64,000 bases of DNA, taken from the NCBI GenBank assembly GCA_051362555.1, contig CM120640.1, positions 63,032,788 through 63,096,787 on the forward strand, given 5' to 3'. Positions 16,504-29,562 of the stretch are shown here, one piece after another; within the stretch, counting starts at the first letter, position 1, and each line of letters begins with the position of its first letter. The notes beneath the pieces are model-generated. The model ran no database searches. It had not been told where the DNA came from and was given only the letters and a program-made list of their open reading frames with translations. Source of the DNA: Lingula anatina (taxonomy: Eukaryota; Animalia; Brachiopoda). The position numbers and the translations under genes are program-made.

Positions 16504-18876
16504 GGGAACAGTCATCACGAAGATTCTTTGCCTGCCAACACGACGAAGATGCATAACGGCAGTGATATGATGATGAAGGTAAAACATCAGAAAAGAATCT
16601 GCAAGTTTTTGGGTCTCAAAATTGATGGCCAGAATCTTTTTTAAAAATCTGTATTGAAAAACATGGTAAGCTTACACGTCCGCTGGGGCTTTTAAAAGAG
16701 GGTCAGAATTCGAATAAAAATATTACGTTATTATATGAGACGAATGGTTATGTGAATTTTCGTCAAAAGATCGTCTGCCGGTGGCCCAGGATGACTGCAC
16801 CTTCGCCTGGACCGGTCACGATTGATTAACCAGCTGCTTGGAGAAGATGGCTACTTAAAATGAATGAGTGTCATATATGTTAGATTAAAATAATTTTATA
16901 GACATTTCAGATACATAATAAAAAGAGAATATATTATAAAAAAAAACGTTATAAAGATACCAGGGGCGGAACAAGAACTTTTACAAGGCGGCGGGGTGAT
17001 TTCTTCGACCTCTGTCTTTCTTTATCGTAACGAAGCTCAATCTATTCATTTTTATTTTCCAAATTAAGATTTCTTTAAAACTTGTAGGCAAACTGATTTT
17101 AGGAAGACAGACAGCAGTGATTGAGAAAAATTAGTGTTCGACAAAGTCCTCACTTTCTCTCATTCTTAAAAACCGTTTTAGTACATGTATCTCAGGTCCG
17201 TAGCCAGCAATTTCAAATGGGGGGTTCGTTTTCTGAAAAAGTGGACCTTTTCCCATGAAAACTTCATGTACCTAGATCAAATTTTATCCAAAGTGGACCT
17301 TTTCCCAGCAAAAAGGGCGGTTCTTTCGAACCCCCGAACCCCCCTGGCTACGGGCCTGTATCTAGTCTCATATTATCAGGCAGCCACCGTATAAGTGCTA
17401 ATAAAGGAATATTCAAAATATTAGAGGAGCATAAAAACTACTACACGCTTCAAACTCAATTAATACACATTCTCACAGTGATATTCACGCTAATTTTGGT
17501 TGTAAATTCTGTTGTAAGGAGGTGGCAAGTTATGGGTCTAACTGTGGAAATAAACTTTAAACGATTAAAAATATAAATTAAACAAATCTTTGTTATGTTA
17601 GCGTGTGTGTAGGCATATTGTGTGTCTATATGTCTATAGATCAAACGCATATGGCACTAGAACTATTCCAGTCCTTGTCTAAGACCTGATCCAAATGTAG
17701 ATGTTTATTTCTTAAATATTAGACGTGGTGTTTTATTTACGTGATAAATAGCTCAGACTACGTTGCTGTATAAATACCCAGCAGGAGTCACTGCTTTATT
17801 TGGATGAGACACTGCCATACACTTTGTTAATAGTTTATGTATGGTTTCTTTTCAAGCTTTTTTAAAATTTCTTTTAGATGTACTTTCACACGGACTTTGG
17901 TGATACCATATTGTTTAAAGGATGGATGGTGATGAAAAGTGCAGGTAAACTTTATTTAAGAATAAGAACTTGGATCATAAAAAAGTCATACTAAGTTTTC
18001 TGACTTACATATTTCTTGCCTACCCAGGCCTATGTTAATTTTTGCGTCAATTCAGTTGTTAGAAATGTTGTTAAAGTTTAGACGTTTAATGACGTTTATT
18101 TAACTCTTCGTTATCCCTTTTTCATTTTTTAGAACTCGCCGGTGCCTGGTTCGCAATCTTCATCCTCGCTGCATTATATGAAGGGCTAAAAGTCTTGAGA
18201 GAACAACTGCTCGTACAGCAATCAAAAGGCCGCCGTGTTAACACTAGTATAGAAGCATCCACCACAAAACTGACAATCTCTGATACACGGCTGTCGCAAG
18301 ATAAGGGAATAATGCGGTAGGGTTATGTACACGAATGAATCTAGAAAACGAAATAGAAGAAATAGTATTTTAACTCAGTTCATAAAATCAAAACATTGAA
18401 TATTTTATCGATTCCAAGTTCTACCAAATCCAGAGGAATAGGCCACTATACGTAGAGAATACGATTGATCTCATCTTAAAGAATTTGAAGGTTGTAATGT
18501 TTGCCTAAAATATTCCCTGGAAAGTTCCAACTGCATATAGGAGGCCTACATGTTTCACAATTACAATGCAAATAGTCACCAATTCTTTTTTCGCATATAT
18601 CGTATATATCTCATATGTATGTTATCAAGATGGCGGTCGCTTTCTCAAGTATTCAGTATGTGACACTTTTCTTACAGATCTATGTGTGATCCGATGCATC
18701 TTCTCCAAACTCTCCTCCATATTGTTCAGGTTGTTATCAGCTACTTTCTCATGCTAATCTTCATGACTTATCAAGTTTACTTGTGCCTTGCCGTTGCCCT
18801 CGGAGCAGGAGTGGGATATTTCATATTTGGATGGAAAAGATCTACTATTGTCGACCTGGGAGAACACTGCCACTAG
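16504..18876 (+). CDS. SLC31A1: High-affinity copper transporter CTR1-like (SLC31A1 family); first exon uncertain
   Basis: Exons 16504-16578 ([28 protein letters not shown] at 16549), 17878-17944 ([16 protein letters not shown]), 18133-18316 ([13 protein letters not shown]) and 18678-18876 ([35 protein letters not shown]). Shows a Met-rich N-terminus, MxxxM, GxxxG and C-terminal HCH. Confidence 0.92.
17193..17358. mobile_element. Short MITE with 15-bp TIRs and apparent 5-bp TSD, in a CTR1 intron
   Basis: TATCT|CAGGTCCGTAGCCAG ... CTGGCTACGGGCCTG|TATCT, with an internal direct repeat AAAGTGGACCTTTTCCCA. Confidence 0.8.
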
Positions 18877-19307
18877 ACAAATGTTGGCTTACATTGAACG
18901 TATATAATATAAATGGATTAATCTCACATTCCGTGTTCTGTAAAATCATATATACGAATATATGATATGAATAAGGTCCATCGTGAACCCATAATGATAT
19001 CTTATCACTTAAGGAGGTCAATTTGATGACATCTTTCTGATAAATTCCAAATTGCAAACAATTCAAAGATAGAAAACTTCTTACTGAAAATAAATGTATA
19101 TATTTTTTCTTTTACCTGTACATTTTTTTCCTTTTTTATCACGCACTTTTAATGGGCAGTACGCGTTCACATAATGTGTGTTAAAGGACAATGGCTACGG
19201 ATTAAGTGTCACTGTGTATCTTGCTGAGTACATAGGTGTTCAGGTAGGCAATTTTGGTTCTATTTTCACGCTGTGCAGCATTTGGCATTTCATTAATTGC
19301 TGGTATT

Positions 19308-21865
19308 CTAAACCGAGGTTTCTCTCAAATACAACTTTGAGTTTGGTCGTATTTTCTGATGCTCTAAGTTAACGTGTTTTCCAAGTCCTTGGTTTTCTAC
19401 AGAGAATGGAACCGACAATGAGAAAATATTTATGCGGTCCTTGTACAGTAGGTGATTGCATTCTACTGTTTGATCATCGGTAACGTCTTCTGATGTTGTC
19501 ACTGTTCTTTGCTCTTCGACATTTTCAAGTTTGACCATCTTTCTATAGAGGAGACAGTACCCTAGTCCTGCACCCAATGACACAGCCAAAAGGTACCAGT
19601 AGTTGTAGGTCATAATGGCCAACATCAAAAGATAGCCCAGAATCAGTTGTAATGAATGAATGCAGGAACGGAGCAAGTGCGTGCAGATGTATATGCATCT
19701 ACGTGCTGTGATCCTGATTGAATATAAAACAAAAATGTTTGCCATGATGTAAAACAATCGCCTTTGTTACAATGTATTCATGTAGTGAATATTACAACAC
19801 ACAAGGTCTAAGTTAAAGACTACGCATTGGGAGGTGCATTTAAGGGGGGCACTGTGAAATATAATGCATTGCGTTACTTATCATTGCAGATTCTCCCCTT
19901 TAATAACGTACATTCTGTATGACGATCTTTTCGAAATCGCACCAAAAAGAAAAAAGGCACAACAGTTTGCATTTATAGTTTGAAGGATACGGACGTGTTT
20001 TAACTTAGGTGCATGTTTTAAGAAAAGTCGTTTCCACTCACCAGTATCTGAAAGCATATAAAAATGATGTGATCTTCTTGCTTGGTGCACTTCTCTCACC
20101 CACTGGCGGTGTCTCTTTTTCTACTTCAGCAAAGACTAAAGCCGGGGACTTCTTGTTTTCGTGGTGTGCTTGTGTCTCTCCGCTTTGCTGACGACTACAA
20201 TATCTTTCTTCAGAGGCCTCACCAAAAGATCTTGTCGTCTGCGCTAGATATACGCCCTGAACTACTTTCAGGCCTTCATAACAAATAGCCAGCAAAAATA
20301 GTAGCATGCATGATACTAAGGTTCCTGCAATAATTAAAAAAAGAACTTACTACAAAATTATTGATAAATTTTTAATAAAACGCAATAGACACTTGAATGA
20401 AACTTATGTTTGTAAAATATATGTATTTATTCTAACGGCTAATCTTCTGAAGAGTAACATGATATTGAAAAAATAATTAGTTTAAGTAGATGACGCCTTC
20501 AACCACGAATACGTAAACACCATCACCGTCCTTCCAATTTAAAATGATATTATTAATCAAAAAGAGGGACTTTGTTTTCAGTCCATAAAGTCCTTCAATA
20601 AACATCTTACATGTTATTCAAACCAAGGCGTTCAAACAGTTAGAACTCCTTGTTCAAATTACCCCTATCTTCTGAAACCCCATCATGTGATCTTTCAATT
20701 ATTTTAAATGACCCTCATATATAACTTATAAGGACTTGAACAACAAGCCCCAATGTATTATATTTCTTAAATAAACTATCCATACCCGTTTATTTCTGGA
20801 TATATATATATATTGTTAGCAGCACTTGCTCGAAAATTAAATACAAATGTTCTTTTTTTCTGAAAAGATATTCCCGGAGTATGTTTAATCACTTTAAGTA
20901 ATATTGTAATGCATTAATTATTTTGATAGATTTTGTAAGTGATGATTTGACTGCTTTTGTGTTTTGTTAGGGAATATAAGCTATATGTTGTGAAAACATC
21001 TCACCCCACCACGTGGAAATTGTCAAATCCTTAAAGTATATCTGCGTATGATCTAGTCCGTGGAAGTAATTCTGAAAAATAAGATCACACTTTTGCTGAT
21101 TAAGTACATCGGCAGGCTACACATCCGTAAATAAAGAGTATAAAGCATGCATTACATTTAACGTCTAGAAGTCTACATATAACTTATCAATAGTATGTCA
21201 GTTAGCAATCCCTGGGTAAAGGGGGGAGGGGGTTCGGAAGTCAGTGTTATCAATTAGGGTCAATGATTAAACAGTATTTATGTTTAGTATCAGTTTTTTC
21301 TTTAAGAATGACGTTATTCCTGACGTAGAACTAAACTTTTTAACGTCTTTTAAAATCCCTCCGGTACTTTATTGCCTCTTAGACTATCTGCCAAAATATA
21401 AAAATATCTATTTTCTCATCATCTTAAGAGAATTATGTAACTGGCACTACAAGGTGCATTAATTTTACAGTCTAGATGGCACAGCTCAACAAAGTGACCA
21501 CTATCTGAACAGACTACGAGGCTACGGGTGAAATCATCCCTTTTTTTTTTTTTTTTTTTTTTGTGGAACTACAGATAGGATTAGAACGTCTCCGTTCTGT
21601 TACAATCGTAATCACAATCGAGGAATACAGTATATACTAAGATAAGTCGTCCCAACTTGAGTGGATATGTGCTGCTAACATACAGTGGGTCCGCGCCCGT
21701 TTCTCGACCTGGAGTACATGTACGTGCCAAATCCTATGATTCACCGGTTATTTTCCATGGTGACCTTTTACCTCTCCTCTCACATCAGTCACCGTGCCCA
21801 TTAACACACCTGACACACTGACTTGGTCACTAACCTACCGGATGTTCACTATCCGTAGAGGCCAT
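19308..21865 (-). CDS. Divergent CTR/SLC31 copper transporter paralog, about 260 aa
   Basis: Exons 21839-21865 (MASTDSEHP, least certain), 21005-21071 (NYFHGLDHTQIYFKDL; 67 nt, same length as the CTR1 exon), 20042-20324 (LAICYEGLKV) and 19308-19713 (HLLRSCIHSLQLILGYLLMLAIMTYNYWYLLAVSLGAGLGY). Intron phases match the neighbouring CTR1. Confidence 0.85.
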
Positions 21866-23180
21866 CCTCGGGGTTACCACGATTCAAACTACTTGGTGCG
21901 TCCATAATCCACGGCTCAGACAGTATGAAGCTGTCGCTGTGCAATTCTAACCTTGACCTACAGCTGTTTATAGTACACGGCATACTATCGGGTATATATG
22001 CGGGCGCTAAGAATCAACATGTACGCGTGCACGTATGTGTGTGTATTTGCTATTTGTCCGTGTGTGTATGTGCGACTATGAATCACCGATGACCAATTTC
22101 GAAGGGCGTTATTTCTTCCAGAATGCGCACGCTTCTGCATTCCATTCTAAGTAGCTCAAGCAAAAAATTAAACAAAGATTTAAAGAATCGAATTATGTTA
22201 TGTTGCTTTTGCATCATCCATTAACAGGCAAACCACTGTTGAAAATAGTCCAGTCGTCGTAGTGAGGAAAATAACAAACACGTGGACTAAATTTTGGACA
22301 TTCGAATGAACGTTGAGAGTGATTTTCGGACCGTTCATCCGCTAGACGTATCAGCCGACGATTTTGTATTGATGAGTTATACTATATACGTATGTTACGA
22401 TATAATTGAACAGTCCACGGAAGGATAGACAAAAAATACACTGAAATGAAACCTTACGACAACAATTTCTGGGTTTATTCTTACCCCTGGAAGTGACACA
22501 TACCGCGTTGTTGTGGCTACCCTGCCCTTCGGACACGGGGGATTTCGGGTTAATGTTTAGAAATAACATTCCACATGCGCATTTTAAAAATCATATTAAT
22601 ATCTGGGTTTATTCTTAACCCTGGAAGTTTCGTATGCCCCGTTGTTGCGGCTTCGGGCAGGTCACCCAACTAGCAATGACCCACACAACTAGGAAGTAAT
22701 GTACAAAGGTTGCCCCCAGGTCACTTAAAGACAAAATTAGAAAAGATGTACTTTTATTACGTCCAAACTAACGGATGCAGTTTCAAATTTACTGCGAAAA
22801 AACGTCAATATCAAAAAGGATAACAGTGCACACTTAATAAATTGGTTTTGATTTAACCTTATATATATTTTTTGTGAGAAGGGGAGAGCACTAAAAACAT
22901 CCTAAGTACCTGTAAGTAATGAGAGGGTCTTTTGAGCCAGGCCAAAATGGATGTAGAGATGATAATATAGAAACAGTTTACGCGAACTCGTTATGTAGTA
23001 TTAGTTGTAATGTGACAGTTGATCTAGGATAAGCAATGTTGTGCATAATTACACCAGAGAAAATGCTTGCAAGGTTTAAAATTACCATGGAGTTTGTGAG
23101 AGTTGAAAAACCAATGGTTTAGAAGCCTTTCTTTGAAATCGGACTCCATCTCACGGATATACCAAACCTTATTTTGTTAA

Positions 23181-24296
23181 GAGCGCGTCCATGAGAAAGC
23201 CAAACAGATCAGTCAGAAGGCGGCAAGGTGGGGGTCAGCAGATTTTAATAATTTTTGGTGTGGTAAACCATCAACATGAAAGATATTGTGAGCCACTGGC
23301 TTTCTTATTTTGGATCATTAGTTTTAGAGATATGGGGGAAGGTCTTTTATCCGCAATTTTGCCAAAATACAGCATTTTTTAGCTCTTGAAAAGTGATAAT
23401 TTTAAATATTATTTTAAAAAATCATGTACATCATAAGGAATTATTTAGGTATGCCATATGATGGGTTAAGGAAAGACCTTTAATACCCAGTACAGATTTT
23501 TCGAAAGGGCACTGTCATGACCACACAAGGTTGATTCTAATAAGGCATGTTTTCCGTATGCTTGACCCCCTCCCCTTCTTTAAATGCACACATCTTCTTT
23601 TTTGCAGGTTGTATCCATATAATTTTGGTATGTGCTGATAGAAAAGGGTTGCAAAATAAATTTTATGAAATAAAATCTGTGTTAAACCTTGTAAAATGAG
23701 AACTATAACAATTTTAAAAAGGGCCTAAAAACGAATATTTTTATACTACTGAAATGCTAATCAGTTTCTTCAACTAAATTAATAAGTCAAAACCATGTAT
23801 AGGTTTGTGAAAAGCCCTTAAAACAATCATGTTTGCCCTGCAGACAAACGTATGAAGCAAAAATACATTTTTAAAATTTGTTTATGTTGTAGAAACTAAA
23901 TGTAAAATAACAATGCTAACTCTGACCTATTTTCAACATGGCGGGTGCTAGGATTATCACCGGAGCAACTGTGGAGAAAAGCATATCGCCTTTACAGTGT
24001 TAAAACATAATGCTGTCTTAATTTTATGAAGAACACGCACTAGAGATGCTTAGGTACATCTCAGAAGGATTTGTGTGCACCAGAATATCACAAGAAATGG
24101 CCATAGCAGCTGGTCGTCCTTAGAATGTGCGTTTTTTTGTTGTTGTTGTTGAACCACGTCTTCACACGCTCGACAACCGTTTACTATCCAATCAAGGTGA
24201 CAGCCGAGCGTGCGTCTTCAGACTGTTGTCAGGCTTGGGTTCCTCAATATATCCAGCTCATCGATTTAGCTCTGGATGTTTGTTGTAAGGTAAGTG

Positions 24297-24365
<69 letters not shown>

Positions 24366-26839
24366 AGACAAAGTCGGTTCTGTCACTATTTCAGGTACTG
24401 TCTTCTATGTAGTAATAACCTACTCTGTTGTTGGCCAGTGGTGGCATACTGTACATATACTAGAATCAGATACACTAAAAACTCAAACCAGTTTAAATAA
24501 TAAGTTTGAATATTTTTAAGTAATTTAAAGAATATAAGCAGAATTAAAAGATGTTCTGGTATATTTCAATTCATAGAATTTTACTTGATTTCTATTTCTT
24601 GGTAAATATGTCTGCTGAAAAGAATTAACTGTGTATCTAACTTATGAAGTATATTTGTGCATTAAATTCTAGGGCTTTGTTACATGTGTTATCATAACAC
24701 AAACAGTTAAGAGACAGCTTGTAGACAGCTTTATTAGAAATTTCTTACCCAGAATCAAAGGTATGTAACACACATTCAGTTTCAAGTTTTGGCATTTTAG
24801 GGGATGTTACTTGTGCCAGTTTTTTATATTTTAGTTTCATATGCAGATTTATATGTGTTTACAATGAAGTTGAAGTTAACCACTTAGCTTTATGTGACTT
24901 TGTAACACACTGTGCTTCAATTTTCAAGACTTACACAGAACACTTGTACAACTAAAAGTACTTAACTTAGTAAAATCAGGAAGACTTTGTGGTCCATTAT
25001 GTTGTTCATGTTGCTTTGCAAGGGGGTGTGCCAGACAATTAAGCTGATTACAATGACTGAGCCTGAGTGTGATACTCCGCTGAGATAGATTGATCCTGCT
25101 ACAGTAGTTTCTATTCTGAACACAGTAAGCCTCTGTTGTTGTAAAACATTTATTGATGTTATGTTTATTTTTCAGATTTTACATCCTAGGCCTGGATGTG
25201 AACCTTCACCTGGACAATCGTACAGATTATGATAGAAGAGTCACCTGAAATTGCACAGGCAAATTCATCAGATTCAGATGTGAGCACCAACTCTGTCTTT
25301 CTGTTATGAAATCTGGATTTCAAATTGGATTTCCATTGGATTGACAAATATTGACAATTGACAGTTCAGTCACACTAAACTATAGTGGCATGTTGCTTCA
25401 AGTTACCACACTTGTTCTAAGATTGCTGAATTATCATTACTGTCTAAGGAGACCCTAGATCTCTCAACCAGAAGAAGAAACTTGGGGATCAATCAGTAAT
25501 AAGATTAAAATCTGTGGAACACTACCCATTACTGCTGTGTTCAGTATATGGAAAAGATGACCGTGATATTGGAACCTTGGAGATTCATAGCTTGATTTCA
25601 CTCCTGTGAAAAGTAACTGCTTTGTTCTTTTACTGTCCAATTGATAATATGAAAATAAAGTACTCCTGTCATTGTATGTTGCTGACTCTGTTTTAATTTT
25701 CTTTATAGAAAAAGAATATAGATATCAAGATATCACATGTATTTACAAAACCTATGAATCATTTGAAAGGAAAAAGAATGGTTGAAAAATGCAATATAAA
25801 TCATTTCAAGTGGATTAATTAGTGTTGCACTTGAGAAAACTGATAAAATGAGACAGTCATTCCCTTTTACCTTTTTATTTTATTTTTCTCTATTGCTCCC
25901 TGAAAATAAGGTATATACACAATGCTGATGACATTGGATATGCACAGTAATAACTCATTAAATGGGGGGGGGGGGTTGAATAACTTGTCACTCATAATTT
26001 AAATTTATTCAGAAGTTGTATGGCTCTGTTTGAAAAGAACATTATCTGAGCAATCCTGTATTACAGATCTCAAAATAAAAAACCTGCAAAAATGGGCCTC
26101 TTGATTATTTTGAGGAATTATGGTAACTGTATTTTGGGACAGAATTGATGGCAGCCATCTTGTATTTATAAAAATTGGATAGATTTGCCCTTATCAAAGC
26201 ATTGTTTGAATTCCTGGCTGTGAGTCTTTGATTAAATTTGATTATTGGAAGGTATTATCTCAAAATGTACTGATATCTTGATTTTGGTCGTTTGGTTTTC
26301 TGCTAAAATTGCTTATGTTTGAGGCACTTTTTCAATATCTTCTGTTGTGTTTAACACACTTTTTAAAATTTTTATGATGAGATCAATATATGCTCAGGAT
26401 CCCTATACAATTTTATGGCTGTCAACCCTGCAAAAAGAGAGATATGAATGCTTGAACATTGCTTGGTAGAAAAGTGAGTTTGGGGGGTGGGGTTATAAAA
26501 ATGGGCGTGGCTCGTTAGTTTGTGGGTTAAACTGAAATTAAGTAACATATTCTCAATGGCAAATGGCTGGTTTAAATAGGTAAATTATCAATTTATTTTA
26601 AAAAGTCAGCAGTTTTGACATATTTGCTTATGAAGTGGCTTTATTGACCGAAGCTGAAAATCAAGCCAAAAATGGCCAAAACATTTAATATTATATTATA
26701 ATTATATCCAATGATTTCTTTTGGGATTGTTGCCTTCAATGTGAATATCTCCTATGTATGCAACTACATTATGAATTTGGTTGAAATCTGTTGACCCCCA
26801 CCTTGCCACCCTCTGACTGGTCTTATCATGGACACACAC
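23181..26839. mobile_element. ~3.66-kb TTAA-flanked DNA transposon relic with imperfect ~60-bp TIRs
   Basis: Left end TTAA|GAGCGCGTCCATGA..CAGTCAGAAGGCGGCAAGGTGGGGGTCAGCAGATTT. Right end (reverse complement) TTAA|GTGTGTGTCCATGA..CAGTCAGAGGGTGGCAAGGTGGGGGTCAACAGATTT. No intact ORF inside. Confidence 0.7.
24300..24362. repeat. (TA)n microsatellite
   Basis: Read directly from the sequence. Confidence 0.95.
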
Positions 26840-29562
26840 TTAATAAGATATTATGATATTATTTTCATTAATTTTTGATGCAGGTAGCAGTGCGCGCGAT
26901 TTGGTCACACAATAGCATATGTCATCCCAACAAATCGCATGGCATAACAAACGCACGCAGAGAAGCTCATGATCCCAGCCCGAAAACAACAGAAAGGGAT
27001 ATTGTATAATTAAAGCCATTAACGCTATAATCAGGGGAAAATGGGAGCAATTCGTATTTCCTTCACATCTATCCCTTGGATTATCAATTCCGCTGAAGAC
27101 GCATGCAAACCGTACGAACCAATGGAAAAGGGAAATGCAAATTCGCAATATTTTTAAATAAATGTGCAACTGGTTAAAACCCAATCGTATAGATTTATTT
27201 ATTGGAATTTCAATTTATATATTTTTTAAAAATCCGTAAAAACATCTTTATGCTTGGTGCTATAACCATGCAGCCAGTTCAGTTGAATCAGTCAAGACCA
27301 GACAATTCATTGTTAAAATACAAACCTCGGCTAGGTTAAAATAAAAAGTGAAAAATAATGAAATAGAGTTATTTGCCGTTGAGTGCAAGTGCATAAGGGT
27401 GCTGCAGGTGATAACTCTGGACAGAGCAGAAATAATAGACGCTGGTACGCTTAGCTTGTAATTGTAAACATGACCTAGATTTCGACCATGTGCCGAGTTT
27501 TAGCCCTACCCTGTATTAAACCCTCCGCGAAAAAGTAGCAAGAACAAGTTTTCAGCTTGTCAACAATTTCTGTACAAACTCTAGTGTTTGACATGGCTGG
27601 TTCCAGGGCTGTGGTTACATTTCGAAAGTCGATTTGTTGAAACATTTGTATTTATTAGTTTAACACATCAATTCTTTATCTGTTTATTCATTTTTAAATG
27701 TAATAATGATATTGGTACTCTTTCATCTTAAGAGTGGAGACTTGACATACCTTTTCTGGCTGCTCCAAAACCTTGCACCTCTCCCTCCCCCTCCCCTTAG
27801 CAAAATAAAGACTAAAACCGTCTGCGAATTTCTCACAACACTAAGCTGCAACAGTATGTGGACAGACGTGCAGTTTATTTGTTGAAAAAAAAGACACCAC
27901 TGACTTTTTTTTGACAAATATATGCCAGAATGCGGACAAGCGTACTCATGTTGTCAAGGAAATACCACATTCTTAATCCCCGTTTTCTTAACTAAATATG
28001 TCTTAGATTCAAGGGCCAGCCAAAAAGATTTTAGTCAAATATTATTGTTAATCTAATTTCACTGCTGTTGATAGATATAAGTTGTAACTGGATTTAAAAT
28101 ATAAAACACTGAGTTACGACTATAAATGTTTGCCCGCTAGATAAAACTGACCCCCTCCCCCCCCCCCCCTGGCGGTTGCACACCCTTAGTTTGCTCCAAA
28201 GGGGATCCACAGCAGTTTTATTAACTTATGTAAGTCTTATATTGCGAGACGAGCAACGGATGAGAACAACAACAATACAGATAGAGGTAATTGGGTACAT
28301 TTCCTATTTCGCCTTATTTTTAGGTGTGGTGTCCTTTTCATAGTTTCAAAAACTTAATAAATCCTTATTTCCTTAAAATCAGCAATTTTATTTTCCTATT
28401 GCTGTGTGAAGACAGCGTGTCAACCAGTAAAATAAAAAACAACAAGGGGGCAAATAGAAGAATGCATTTCTTGCCAATCCTGGTTACATACAGTGAAGGA
28501 ATCACATCACATTCGATTTCTTTCGCAACTCTTAACAGGGGGCATTCCCCGGAGGCACTAGTGCAATTTTGTGGCCCATCTGAAAATTAAAAAGCAAACA
28601 AGCACTGACCTACTGTCTACAATGGTTAGTTGCCCTTATAACCAACCTTATCGGAAGTAAACATTACTCAATATACAAGAATATGTTTAGATGTAGGCCT
28701 ATCAACCACTTGATGACATCGATAAATTGTATTGACACCCTATATGACTCGACCCAGAAAACACTCATCCCAGTAGATAAGACTGGGCAGTGAGGCCTGG
28801 GACTGACGAAAGTTTTAAAAGCAAAATCTATTAAAACTTTTGTATTTCACCGAATATGTAAATGTATGAAATCTGGTATTTGTATAAATTTCCCATTCTA
28901 TGTTAGATCAGCATTTTTCTTATAAGTCTTAAAACTTTTAATTAGACATGGCTGTTTTTCTGCTCTCATTTTCATTCAAATTTAAATGAATTTCAAACAT
29001 AAATCAACATTTAATTAGTTTAACCTAACTTCACGAAAAATGTAGCCTACATCGATCAAAATATTTACTCCTATATTTTATAACCATAATCTCAAATTTT
29101 CTTGGCCACTTTGACATTATTTATAACTCTTATCAGAGGCATCTTAATTACGATCGTCATTAAAGTGAGTCACATACATGTCCCAACATGTAATCTTAGT
29201 AACGGTGCCGTTCAATATCCGGTGAATAAGAGTCGATTGCAGTGAAATACCTTTTCATGGTATGTAACGTCTAAATTGTCCTGTACCTGACGTTATAACA
29301 ATAACATGGGAACTACACGGAAATACGTGTCGGTGTTTCTTGACCAGCGTCTTTATTTCTTAATTTCACGTGTCATCGCCCATGCGTTGGACTTCCTATT
29401 TTCAGTGCGGGCGTGAGAGTACTTAAGCCAACACGCGTTCACTTCCCATCATATTTGAACTTGGGGAGATATCTGGCATAAGATTATTTACAAATTATTT
29501 TAGTGTACAGTTTTATCGACAACAACATTTCTTTAATAAACTTGTTCATTTTACCAAAAGTT

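Noticed and set aside
22468-22655. Imperfect ~50-bp direct repeat (TCTGGGTTTATTCTTA.CCCTGGAAGT)
   Set aside because: Only two diverged copies, with no termini or TSD that would assign an element or function.
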